DNA of 43,699 bases from a virus. Its lineage: Duplodnaviria > Caudoviricetes. How positions within the stretch are numbered: the first letter of the stretch is position 1; the number at the start of each line of letters is the position of its first letter. The stretch lies in IMG/VR virus record IMGVR_UViG_3300005590_000018, positions 1 through 43,699 of that record. One strand, given 5' to 3'. Both the position numbers and the translations under genes were made by a program. The notes beneath the pieces were generated by a model. The model saw only the letters and a list, made by a program, of their open reading frames with translations, made no database searches and was not told the origin of the DNA. Shown one piece after another: positions 34,970-43,699 of the stretch.

Positions 34970-36901
34970 ATGATTTCGACACACACAGAACGGGATCTGT
35001 CGCTTTCTGAGCGCATCGAACTTCTCATTGCCGGGAAACTGGACGGTGACGAAGCGCGGCGTATTGGGTGGACCCTGATCGAGCAGGGGGCCAACGCATA
35101 CTCCCAGGGTGAGTCGTACCGGAGGAACAGGATCGAGGCTCGTGACCTGACGCGCGGGTATCATTGGCAGGATACGGTTCGCAATGCGGATACCGGACAG
35201 GAGCAGAGCGAGAAGGAGTATTTGGAGGGGCAGGGCCGCGTTCCGGTTGTGATGAACCTTGCTGGAAACATCATCAACAATGTCGAGGGGCAGTTTCGCC
35301 AGAACAAGTCTGGGCGGCTGGCTTACGCGGTTGAGGCCGACGATTCCGATGCTGTTGAAATGATAAACCTTGCCAGGAGGGCCGTTCGCCGGTACAACGA
35401 TTCGGAAATGATCGAGGCTGATAACTTCCGGGAACACGTATCTGCCGGAGCAGCAGCCTTTAAGTCAACTATCGTTTGGGACGCGCGGCTGAACAGGCAT
35501 GAGGTGAAGGACTCTGTTGTTGATGTAATGCGCCTGTTCTTCAACCGGGACATAAAGGACCGTCGGTTCAATGGGCTGCGGATTATCGGGGAGATTCATG
35601 ACGTTCCCATCGAGGACGTTATTGCGCGTTTTGCCAAGAACAAGTCGGATGTTGCAAGAATCCGCGACCTGTACGAGAGCAGGCGCGATGATGACCAGAT
35701 GCACTCTGACGTATTCGATTTCGACGCGCACTCCGGGCTGTCCTTCCTCTCTCCCATGAGTCCCAACCTCTGCCGGGTTGTTGAGATTTGGAAACCTGTG
35801 TACAAGTGGACCCGGCGTGGTTTTGACCCGCTCTTTGAGCATATGCCGGAAGGGTTCGGGCAGACGAGCCTTTCTGACGCACAGATCAGTCGCATACAGA
35901 ACAAGCGCAGAGCAGACTATGACGCGGGAATGTATCCAGGATTCCCGTCTGCCCCGATCATGGAGTTGGACGAACCCAGGTATGAGCCTGTGTTCCACTA
36001 CTTCTTCCTGACCCCGTTTGGCGATGTGCTGAAAGCGGGGGAGTCACCATATCGTCACCAGGAACACCCATACACCCCAGGGCTTGCGCTTCTTGTAGAC
36101 GGCGAGACTTGGGGGATCATGAACATGGTCCGCGATATGCAACGGTGGGTCAATCGCATCCTCGTCCATATCGACGCGCAACTTTCGTCCGGCGGCCAGG
36201 GGCTTCTTGTTCTCGATGACGATGTGCTGGAACAATCCGGCCTGTCTGCTGACGATGTGGCATCGGAGTACAACGACCCCAGGGGCGTTCTGTCTCTCAA
36301 GAAGGGGAGAACATCGTTTGACAGTGCAATCAAGCAGTTGCAGGGGCGCGGGATCCAGCCGGGATGGACGGAAATGCTATCCGTCATGGTGGACTCAATT
36401 CGACAGACCTCCGGTGTCCAGGGCGCGTCTCTTGGCGAGAAGCCCGACTCTGGAACCCCGGCAACACTTTACCAGCAGCAGGTTCTCCAATCGTCCCTGA
36501 GCGTCCTTCCGTTCATGCAAACGTATTTCGAGACGCTACGCCGCAAGGACAGAAAGGAGATACAGTTGATCCTCCAATCGTTCACGGAGAAACGGATGTA
36601 CTCTCCGGAGGGTGGTGGTAGCAGGGTTTTTGACCCGTCGCGCATTGTCGGAATGGATTTCGACGTGGCAATCGGTGACGTAACCGACACAACGGTTTAC
36701 CGCCAACTTTGGGAGGGCGACCTGCAGAACTTCCTCAACAACGGATTCTTTGGCCCCCCTGGACCACAAGCCCTTGCGGTATACCTCAAGGCATCGCAGC
36801 ACCCGCAAGCCGAAACCCTACTTGCGCTTTTGCAGGGAACGGGCGATGAAGGTGGAATGGGTGCGTTTATGGCACAACCACAACAGGCACAGACACAATG
36901 A
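34970..36901 (+). CDS. Portal protein (P22-like podovirus portal)
   Basis: About 640 aa after TerL; GYHW, GRVPVVMN..NIINNVEG, WGIMNMVRDMQRWVN, IRQTSGV...LG, FDVAI patterns; ATG 34970 preferred because GTG 34946 lies inside the hairpin. Confidence 0.85.
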   Translation: MISTHTERDLSLSERIELLIAGKLDGDEARRIGWTLIEQGANAYSQGESYRRNRIEARDLTRGYHWQDTVRNADTGQEQSEKEYLEGQGRVPVVMNLAGNIINNVEGQFRQNKSGRLAYAVEADDSDAVEMINLARRAVRRYNDSEMIEADNFREHVSAGAAAFKSTIVWDARLNRHEVKDSVVDVMRLFFNRDIKDRRFNGLRIIGEIHDVPIEDVIARFAKNKSDVARIRDLYESRRDDDQMHSDVFDFDAHSGLSFLSPMSPNLCRVVEIWKPVYKWTRRGFDPLFEHMPEGFGQTSLSDAQISRIQNKRRADYDAGMYPGFPSAPIMELDEPRYEPVFHYFFLTPFGDVLKAGESPYRHQEHPYTPGLALLVDGETWGIMNMVRDMQRWVNRILVHIDAQLSSGGQGLLVLDDDVLEQSGLSADDVASEYNDPRGVLSLKKGRTSFDSAIKQLQGRGIQPGWTEMLSVMVDSIRQTSGVQGASLGEKPDSGTPATLYQQQVLQSSLSVLPFMQTYFETLRRKDRKEIQLILQSFTEKRMYSPEGGGSRVFDPSRIVGMDFDVAIGDVTDTTVYRQLWEGDLQNFLNNGFFGPPGPQALAVYLKASQHPQAETLLALLQGTGDEGGMGAFMAQPQQAQTQ

Positions 36902-37989
36902 AACGCTTTTTCAGCATGATTGGACCCCTTTTCACGCCACCCGATGACCAGGGCGCAGAGGGCAATGAGTCCTTCTTTGACGATGAGCCGTCCTACGGCG
37001 GGGCATCGGACGAGTTTGACGCGCTGATGGATCAGTACGACGAAGCCGATCCGGATTCGCTTCAAAAGCGCGTAGCCGCGCGACAGGAGGAAATGGGCAT
37101 CGAGCATGACGAAGGCGGTGATCCGCAGGATGAGTCCCCCGCTGACGAATCTGGCGACGATGCCGGCGAGGAGGGTAGGGATACCACGGCAATACCGGAC
37201 CTGACGGACTTGCTCCCGGAGGGCGCGGTGGTGGAAACCATTGATGATCTTCGCACCCACATTTCGCTCATGGCAGACAGCCACAAGGCTCTGTCTCTGT
37301 TCAACGACCTCGTTGAAGGTGACGCTGCCCTGAAGTCCTACCTTGAAATGCGGCAGGCGGGCAAGGACTCTCGTTTTGCCGCATCCGAAGCGTTTTCCAG
37401 TCTTGTCGAGGCTCCCGACCCCGACCTGGACCCGGAGGGGTACGCGGACTGGGTTTCGGAGCGAAAGTTGGCAGACGCGGAGCGCAAGCGTTCTGAGCAG
37501 GCAGATTCTGAGAAGAATGACCTGCTGAAATCCATCGCGGACCAGGCCCACAAAGCACTCGCGGCTACCGTGCAGAAGTACGGGTTGGATGATGACCAGG
37601 CAGACGTTCTTGCGTCCAAGTTTCGCTCCATCGCGCGTGGCGACCTGCAGACCGGCAAATTTCCGAAGGACGCATTTGATGTGATCTACAACGGCATGGC
37701 GTTTGAGCAGACCAAATCTGGCGTGGATGCTGTTGTGAAAGCCGTTGAGTCGGGCCGGATCAGCACGATCAAGCCCGACAAGTCCGATTCGCCAACCGTT
37801 GCCGCCCTCAAGGCCGCTGTGGTTAAGGCGTATGCGGCTGGCGGCAAGAACGCAGGAAGAAAGACCGAGCAGCGGTTTGAGATTCCTGAGTTTGATGGGG
37901 GCGGCGGCAATCCTGACATGACCGAATCCGAGCGAGAGCGTGCTGAATTAGCAAGCACCGTTCGCCCACGAAAATCCTGGGCCGACTGA
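36898..37989 (+). CDS. Capsid scaffolding protein
   Basis: Very acidic helical protein between portal and capsid genes. Confidence 0.7.
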   Translation: MKRFFSMIGPLFTPPDDQGAEGNESFFDDEPSYGGASDEFDALMDQYDEADPDSLQKRVAARQEEMGIEHDEGGDPQDESPADESGDDAGEEGRDTTAIPDLTDLLPEGAVVETIDDLRTHISLMADSHKALSLFNDLVEGDAALKSYLEMRQAGKDSRFAASEAFSSLVEAPDPDLDPEGYADWVSERKLADAERKRSEQADSEKNDLLKSIADQAHKALAATVQKYGLDDDQADVLASKFRSIARGDLQTGKFPKDAFDVIYNGMAFEQTKSGVDAVVKAVESGRISTIKPDKSDSPTVAALKAAVVKAYAAGGKNAGRKTEQRFEIPEFDGGGGNPDMTESERERAELASTVRPRKSWAD

Positions 37990-38053
37990 TCCAGGAAACC
38001 GAGTAGCCGAAACGCGGCTCACTTTCATTCACTAAGACAGGCGAGGTACTGTC

Positions 38054-39370
38054 ATGAATACCAAGACCAATACGAGCCGAGTAATGCGGTCGGCCTCCCT
38101 TGTTTGGGGGCTGATTGTGGCGATGCTCGTTCTTTTCGATTTCACCGGGGTTTCTGCCGCACTTGCCGTTGGTACGGCGGCATCTACCGTCCGTGAGCAG
38201 GATCGTGATTCCAACCTTCGTGTTCCGTCCGTTTCGCGGATCATCACGACCCTGGACTCTGCGAACTACCCGTTCACGACGATTATGCAGCGGACCCGAA
38301 AGGGGCAGAAGCCCAAGCAGGTTGTACACCGTTTTGGACAGGTTTCCACCTGGACCCGAACGCTTACAATCAACGGCGCAACAACGGCTGGCTCTGCAAA
38401 CGCCAACAAGGTTGTGACGGTTGATACGGTCGAGCTGATTAAGCCCGGCGACGTTTTGAGCGCGTTCAATAACGCTACGGATGCCACGCTTCAATATTTG
38501 GTTGTCGCTGCATCGGGAACGAGCCTGACCCTGAAAGCGATGCCGAAGGATACGGCTGGAACGGCCCCATACACAGCGGTCAACTTCGGTACTGTACCGG
38601 CATTTGCTGACAATGAGGTGCTGTCGTGGGTTGGTAACGTGAAGGGCCAGGGTGCAGATGCGTCCTCGCCTCGCGCTCTCATGCCCGCCACGGACTTCAA
38701 CTACGTCCAGACCGAGGATATTGTAATCAAGATCACCGACCATATGCTCCGCACCGAGAGCTTTGGTGGTCCCGATATTCGCAACATGGAACGCGATCAG
38801 TTGCGCGAGTGGCGGCGAAATTGGGAATACTCCTGCGTTTTCAACGAGGCTCCTGCTGTGTTTCTGGATGCAGATGGCAACCTGACGTGGAAAATGGGTG
38901 GCCTCAAGCACTTCGCCGGCCTCTCGTTGTCCCTGTCCAGTTCGGCTACCTACGCGAACATCGTCGAGTTTCTGTATGACACCTTCGATGACAACAACGG
39001 CGGTCGCCGTCGCGTCCTTGCTGGTGGCTCCGAAGTGATGAAGGTGATCGACACGGTAAATACCGGGTCGGCCCTGAACGTCGTTCGTGGCGAAAAGAAA
39101 CTTGGTATCGAGATTACCTCGCTGATTGGTCGCAAGGGTCGCCTGGACACCGTATTCCATCCCGGATTCGATGACCTGGGACTCGCAGACGAGTTCACCG
39201 TCTTTGATCCGGATACGATGGAGTGGAACGACCTGCAGCCGACCGAGAAGCGAAAACTCGACCTGAAGCGTTCGTCCTCCGGCACGGACGCTGAGGCTTC
39301 GCAGCTTATCCAGAAGTCCACGTTTACCGTGAACAACCCGACCGCAAACGGTTGGGGTGCGCTTGTCTGA
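38054..39370 (+). CDS. Major capsid protein (HK97 fold, SU10/DUF5309-like) with hydrophobic N-terminal leader
   Basis: YPFTTIM, FNYVQTEDIVIKIT, REWRRNWEYSCVF, KMGGLKHF, GIEITSLIGRKGRL patterns; position after the scaffold. Confidence 0.85.
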   Translation: MNTKTNTSRVMRSASLVWGLIVAMLVLFDFTGVSAALAVGTAASTVREQDRDSNLRVPSVSRIITTLDSANYPFTTIMQRTRKGQKPKQVVHRFGQVSTWTRTLTINGATTAGSANANKVVTVDTVELIKPGDVLSAFNNATDATLQYLVVAASGTSLTLKAMPKDTAGTAPYTAVNFGTVPAFADNEVLSWVGNVKGQGADASSPRALMPATDFNYVQTEDIVIKITDHMLRTESFGGPDIRNMERDQLREWRRNWEYSCVFNEAPAVFLDADGNLTWKMGGLKHFAGLSLSLSSSATYANIVEFLYDTFDDNNGGRRRVLAGGSEVMKVIDTVNTGSALNVVRGEKKLGIEITSLIGRKGRLDTVFHPGFDDLGLADEFTVFDPDTMEWNDLQPTEKRKLDLKRSSSGTDAEASQLIQKSTFTVNNPTANGWGALV

Positions 39371-39392
39371 CAGGCGCGATCCGATGTGAGGC

Positions 39393-39434
39393 GGCGGGCA
39401 CGACCATTGGTCTGTGCCATGTGTCGTGCCCGCC
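39393..39434 (+). other. Strong intergenic hairpin after the capsid gene, no U-tract
   Basis: ggcgggcacgac (39393-39404) and gtcgtgcccgcc (39423-39434) form a perfect 12-bp inverted repeat. Confidence 0.7.
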
Positions 39435-39469
39435 CGTCCTCGCTGCTGACATTCAAAAACAGAGGCATC

Positions 39470-39943
39470 ATGGCACATTTCATTGTACTTGGCAACTTCA
39501 AGCAGCACTCTCACGCATCCCGCAGCGTGTTTCGTTCTGTTTCCGGTCCGGACGGACCCACCCACCAGGAAATCCGTCAGCCGTCCGTAAAGATTCGTCG
39601 CTACCCGACGAAGGTATCCGACAAGGCGGTGGCCCAGGATATTCGTGACAGCAAGGCGTTCAACCGCGTCGTGTTTGAGTGTGACGCGAAGGGAAATCTC
39701 GTTGGTGACAGCGCAGACTCTCCCGCCGCAGTTGCGCCCAAGCCCGAACCGGAGGCGGCTGACGAATCTGGCGATGGCCCCGCAACGGTCCTTGTTGTCA
39801 GCAGTAGCCAAGACGCGGTAGAGCAGTTGGCCCGCTTGACGGAGGTGGATGTGGAATCCCTCAAGACGAAAGGTGGGAACCTGTCTGCCGCGAAGATTCG
39901 CAAGTTTGCCGAATCGAACGGTTACGAGATCGAGGGACTGTAA
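39470..39943 (+). CDS. Hypothetical virion-module protein
   Basis: agagg RBS before ATG 39470; two small domains joined by a Pro/Glu/Ala linker. Confidence 0.65.
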   Translation: MAHFIVLGNFKQHSHASRSVFRSVSGPDGPTHQEIRQPSVKIRRYPTKVSDKAVAQDIRDSKAFNRVVFECDAKGNLVGDSADSPAAVAPKPEPEAADESGDGPATVLVVSSSQDAVEQLARLTEVDVESLKTKGGNLSAAKIRKFAESNGYEIEGL

Positions 39944-39946
39944 ACC

Positions 39947-40639
39947 ATGCCCCTGAGCGTAGCACAAACCGACCTGGTTAACCGGCTCCTGTCCCGGCTT
40001 GACGCAGATACCCCCGGCAACAATGTTGTCGGGGGTGAGTCGGCTTTGTACGATCAGATCCTGTTTGCCACGCGGCAGATGATTCTTGATCGGCGTGTTC
40101 CAGACAGGATGCTTCACGCCATTGTCAGCACAGACACGGCGGGAGCAAACACGAACCACTCCGATACGACATACGGATTGGTGGTCCCGCTGAAAAGCGA
40201 CTTCCTGCGCCTGTTCCGATTGAAGGTGTCCGGTTGGAGGCGACCCGTTCATCATGATGACTTGCTTGAGGAGGATGATCCAGACGTTGAGCGATTGGTT
40301 GCGGGTGGGCATACGGCTGATGCCGCATCCCCATTGGCGTGTCTGTCCTACCTTGCATCGCCCCCTGATGGATACTCGTCCAGCGCGATACTGTGCTTTC
40401 CTGGATCAACGTCAGATGATCCGGTTGAGGAGTTGGTGTACATAGCCGACGATGTTGCTCCGGAGAACCTTTCTGCTGATTTGCAGGAGTTGGTTCTGTG
40501 GTTGTCGGCATCCATTGTCATGCAGTCACTCGATCCAGAAGTGGCGGCAATGTGTGAGTCCCGGTATTCGGACTCTCTGCAACGTCTTGGCAGAAGCCGA
40601 AAAACGAGGGCCAAACGCTCGTACCGCTACCTGCCATGA
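39947..40639 (+). CDS. Putative head-tail adaptor (tail tubular protein A-like)
   Basis: VPLKSDFLRLFRLKV..W, LVYIA, LSADLQELVLW patterns; size and position. Confidence 0.65.
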   Translation: MPLSVAQTDLVNRLLSRLDADTPGNNVVGGESALYDQILFATRQMILDRRVPDRMLHAIVSTDTAGANTNHSDTTYGLVVPLKSDFLRLFRLKVSGWRRPVHHDDLLEEDDPDVERLVAGGHTADAASPLACLSYLASPPDGYSSSAILCFPGSTSDDPVEELVYIADDVAPENLSADLQELVLWLSASIVMQSLDPEVAAMCESRYSDSLQRLGRSRKTRAKRSYRYLP

Positions 40640-43281
40640 TCCGAAGAAAGAGCAGATCGCAAACACGCCCGGTAGACATTGCGCTTGGGCCATTGCGTCT
40701 CGATGTTGGGCCGCACTCTGCACCGGACGGTACGCTGTCTGTGTGCGAAAACGCCCGCCCTGCTGGGCCTGTGGATGCGCCGTATTACACGCCTGTCGTG
40801 CCTTCCGTGACTCGCAGGGTGGACCCAACCCCAACGTCTACCCGGTCGATGGGAACGCGAACGGGTGACGCTGGAACAGACCTTGTTCTTGTGACCGACC
40901 GCAACATTGTTGTGATCGACTCCGAGAACACGCATACAGAGGTGTACACCTTTGACACTACGGAAGAAACCCGCAGGGCACAGTTTGCGGAAGTAGCCGG
41001 CGTGATGTTTATCACGACCACTACTGGCGCATTTCCTGGTAGGCCGGAGAAGTTGCTTGAACTGCGCGAGCTGGACTGCCGGGATTGCAGGGTTCCAATG
41101 CTCCCGTCCATCCTTGCGGAAACGGCAACAGATATTTCAGATGGTGGCCTGGGCAGTACGGGGCCGCGTGTCTATTGCTATCGGTGGGCATACGAAATGG
41201 CTGATGGTGGTTTTGGTCCACCGTCATCACCGATGTTCTTTTCCGTTGGCGTTGCGTCAAATGATGGTTGGCGTATCAGGTTTGCGATCCAAGACTACCC
41301 CGACTCGGACAACCCGGCGTATGATTCGGGGCTGTGGTCGGATCGGATTCGGGGCATTGCCCTATTCATCAGCCAGGGCGTTGATGCTACGGGTACGGGC
41401 GACCTTCAAAAAGCATCCGAACAACCCCTTTTTTACGCGGGATCGTTTGGGAGCGTCCTTGCTGGATCATTGGTGCTGTACGAGGGAACAGAAGAAGCAC
41501 TATCCTCTGGCCTGGTAATGGAGACTGACAACCTGTGGCAACACAACGTCTCAGCTGGTGCTTGCTTCTCATACAACCAAACACTCATTCTTGGTGACGC
41601 GGGGTATGATTTCAGGAAGCCCAACGCATTATTGTATGTGCCTGGGTCGTTTCGCACTCGACAGTTGCCTGGTGACTATGCGGTAATTTTGTCGGTCGAA
41701 ATCAGAACAAACAAGGGGGCATTTGTTCGGTATTCGGACCCGGTTTACGTCGATGCGGGGATTGCATCGAGTATTAGCATGAGGGGGGTGTACAATTTTG
41801 CATCTTCCTCCTGGTCGCAAACAGCCGTGTGTTACCCGGACCCGCGCGTGGTGTCAATATCTGTGTGGGTGGACAATGATGGTTCTGGCGGGTTCAATTT
41901 TCACAGCGAACACGCGGCTGCGAAATCGGCGGGCGGCAACTTATCGTATGCCACCATTCCCGCGCTTGACCTGACAGCCTCTCTTGGTGCGCTCCTTGAC
42001 GAAGGCACACGGCTCGATGACCGTGACCCCAACAGGATATTGGTGTCGCGTGAGTTCACTCCATACAACCTTCCGGCATCCAGGGCGGTCTATTCCAATA
42101 GGTCGGATTCTGACGCGGTTATCGCCTTCGCCGCAAATACCGCAACGTCCGAAGAAGGGCAATACGGGGAAGCCCCGGTAATTGCGCTTGGCGCAGAAAC
42201 TGTGCGCGGCCTTCGTCTTGCTCCGGTAACGGTCGATGCGATGTTTTCAGGCGCGTTTCCGATAGCAGAAAAGGGTTTGGTGGGCCGCAACGCCTACACG
42301 AACAGCGAGGGTATTGTGTTCTACGCGTCCGCAGATGGGGTGTGGACGCTTGCGCCACATATTTCCAGGCGGCCTGTTTCCTGGTCCGTCCAGTCTGACG
42401 GGGCAACCGATGACATAATGAGCGACCTGGGCGAGAATACGGTCATGGAGTTCATTGATGACAACCGGGGCAACCGGGATTTGTGGGTGTTCACAACCCG
42501 TCGGGCCTGGGTATACGCCACGGAGTACGGCAGGTGGTTCACGGTAGACAGGCGAAGAAGCGCAGCCGTCCGTGACGGAAACAGCCTGTACACGTATGAC
42601 GTGGTTTCCAAGTCAATACAGGAGGAGGTGCAGCACCCGAATGATGGCAGCGTTGGTGTTGCTTCTCTCATGCGTCTCGAGACATACCCCCTTCGCATGG
42701 GCCTTCCTTCGGGTACATGGCGGCGGCTATACCGCTTCGGAATCCGAATGAGAAAAGCGATCGACCAAATCTCATACCGGATCACGGATCCCGTTTCCAG
42801 GGATGAGTTGTCCGGGATCTCGGACCTGACCACACAAGGCGATCTTGATAACGCAGGGGTGGAGTACGAGTCGGTCACTACGATAGTTGACGAGGAGGTT
42901 GAGGCCATTGGTTACGCAGAGGTTACGGGGGCCGGCTCGGTTGAGGTGACTGGATCGGGCTTCCTGGAAGTGGTTACGGGCGCAGTAGTCGTGGATGGTC
43001 ACAAGCGGTTTCCCAGGGCATCGTCCTACGAGGCAACCGACGAGTTCCCGCTGGAGGTCATCGAGGACGGAGAAGCGATTGTGCATGGCGCAGACACAAT
43101 GGTTGTCGCCAATGGTGTGCTGCAGTCAGAAACGACAGATGTACAATCGTTCAACGCTGCCCTGTGCCGCGAACCCATTGTCTCCATCGAGGCCAGGGGG
43201 AAGTTTGGACAGGCCGTAGAGGCTATTTCATTCGACATTGAGCCACGGTATATGCACCGGGCCAGAAAACAAAATTACTGA
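40636..43281 (+). CDS. Putative tail nozzle (tail tubular protein B / stabilisation protein-like)
   Basis: 881-aa beta-rich protein; DGTLSVCENAR, YCYRWAYE, NRILVS..TPYNLP, VFYASADGVW patterns; position before the tailspike. Confidence 0.7.
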   Translation: MIRRKSRSQTRPVDIALGPLRLDVGPHSAPDGTLSVCENARPAGPVDAPYYTPVVPSVTRRVDPTPTSTRSMGTRTGDAGTDLVLVTDRNIVVIDSENTHTEVYTFDTTEETRRAQFAEVAGVMFITTTTGAFPGRPEKLLELRELDCRDCRVPMLPSILAETATDISDGGLGSTGPRVYCYRWAYEMADGGFGPPSSPMFFSVGVASNDGWRIRFAIQDYPDSDNPAYDSGLWSDRIRGIALFISQGVDATGTGDLQKASEQPLFYAGSFGSVLAGSLVLYEGTEEALSSGLVMETDNLWQHNVSAGACFSYNQTLILGDAGYDFRKPNALLYVPGSFRTRQLPGDYAVILSVEIRTNKGAFVRYSDPVYVDAGIASSISMRGVYNFASSSWSQTAVCYPDPRVVSISVWVDNDGSGGFNFHSEHAAAKSAGGNLSYATIPALDLTASLGALLDEGTRLDDRDPNRILVSREFTPYNLPASRAVYSNRSDSDAVIAFAANTATSEEGQYGEAPVIALGAETVRGLRLAPVTVDAMFSGAFPIAEKGLVGRNAYTNSEGIVFYASADGVWTLAPHISRRPVSWSVQSDGATDDIMSDLGENTVMEFIDDNRGNRDLWVFTTRRAWVYATEYGRWFTVDRRRSAAVRDGNSLYTYDVVSKSIQEEVQHPNDGSVGVASLMRLETYPLRMGLPSGTWRRLYRFGIRMRKAIDQISYRITDPVSRDELSGISDLTTQGDLDNAGVEYESVTTIVDEEVEAIGYAEVTGAGSVEVTGSGFLEVVTGAVVVDGHKRFPRASSYEATDEFPLEVIEDGEAIVHGADTMVVANGVLQSETTDVQSFNAALCREPIVSIEARGKFGQAVEAISFDIEPRYMHRARKQNY

Positions 43282-43291
43282 GAGGTCCAAC

Positions 43292-43699
43292 ATGAAACTC
43301 CTGCTCAATGACGTGCTCGATTCAAGCGGGAAAACATTCGCTTCCCGCAGACAGTCCGAGGTGGCATCCGTATCTGCTCTCAAGGCACTTACGGGAATGA
43401 TTGATTCCGAAACAAGGCTCATTCCCGATGTTGGATGGTATCGGTACGACATTTCATCGGCAGAGGCCGGGGATGACGATGCCGTTGTGGAGCCAGATTC
43501 CGGAACGGGGCGGTGGAAGAAGCAGGGTTCGGCTGGCGCAACGCCTGTTTTGAATGACACAACAATCGGCTGGATCGACTCCGAGTATCACGATGACCTG
43601 GCGGCGATGGTAACGGAGTTGGGGGGCAACCAGAATACGCTTCGTCTACGAGCCGGCGTATTCAATGAAACGTCCAACGTGACCGTGCCTATCAATGGT
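43292..43699 (+). CDS. Tailspike N-terminal (virion-anchoring) part; continues at window start
   Basis: gagg RBS, ATG 43292, open frame of 136 codons to the window end, ending NVTVPING which matches the start of ORF 50-1693. Confidence 0.85.
   Translation, partial: MKLLLNDVLDSSGKTFASRRQSEVASVSALKALTGMIDSETRLIPDVGWYRYDISSAEAGDDDAVVEPDSGTGRWKKQGSAGATPVLNDTTIGWIDSEYHDDLAAMVTELGGNQNTLRLRAGVFNETSNVTVPING
43630..43699. repeat. Terminal direct repeat copy 2 (circular overlap)
   Basis: Identical to 1-70 and lies inside a continuous ORF. Confidence 0.97.

Larger units (their letters stand above)
1..43699 (+). mobile_element. Complete (circularised) Caudoviricetes genome with podovirus-like architecture; no lysogeny genes seen
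   Basis: 70-bp identical ends; terminase, portal, capsid, nozzle, tailspike and endolysin genes; no tape measure or sheath; all genes co-oriented. Confidence 0.93.

Noticed and set aside
37823-40312. 829-aa minus-strand ORF
   Set aside because: Antisense shadow of the scaffold, capsid and adaptor genes; no recognisable motifs; attributable to codon bias on the + strand
1-43699. Stop-codon recoding, tRNA genes, lysogeny module
   Set aside because: Genes tile densely under the standard code with TAG, TGA and TAA all used as stops; no cloverleaf, integrase or divergent repressor was seen by eye (tRNAscan not run)

Overview
The window looks like a complete, circularly permuted tailed-phage genome of about 43.6 kb: bases 1-70 repeat exactly at 43630-43699, and one tailspike ORF reads through that junction. 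Essentially all genes are on the + strand. I saw no integrase, repressor, DNA polymerase, tRNA or CRISPR array. The gene order is: AT-rich control region (1.7-2.05 kb); early genes; recombination and replication genes (PD-(D/E)XK nuclease, Gp3/RDF-like, NinB-like, replication initiator, several DnaA domain IV-like proteins); a translationally coupled array of about 20 small ORFs sharing short linker sequences (9.1-14.25 kb); a lysis operon headed by a stand-alone PAS protein, with a GH108 endolysin; putative ejection proteins, including a 4556-aa polyvalent protein (ParB, SF2 helicase, N6-adenine MTase, RadC/JAB, ADP-ribosyltransferase-like, zincin, LPD38); terminases, portal, scaffold, capsid, adaptor, nozzle and a beta-helix tailspike (podovirus-like). 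The most notable signals are a CGAA(T/G)ATCAAC-N12-TA(T/C)A(A/T)T motif before three late operons, a structured terminator-ended leader before the portal gene, the PAS-lysis coupling, linker-delimited modular proteins, and a signal-peptide-like leader on the capsid protein. All family calls come from motif recognition by eye; no database searches were run.
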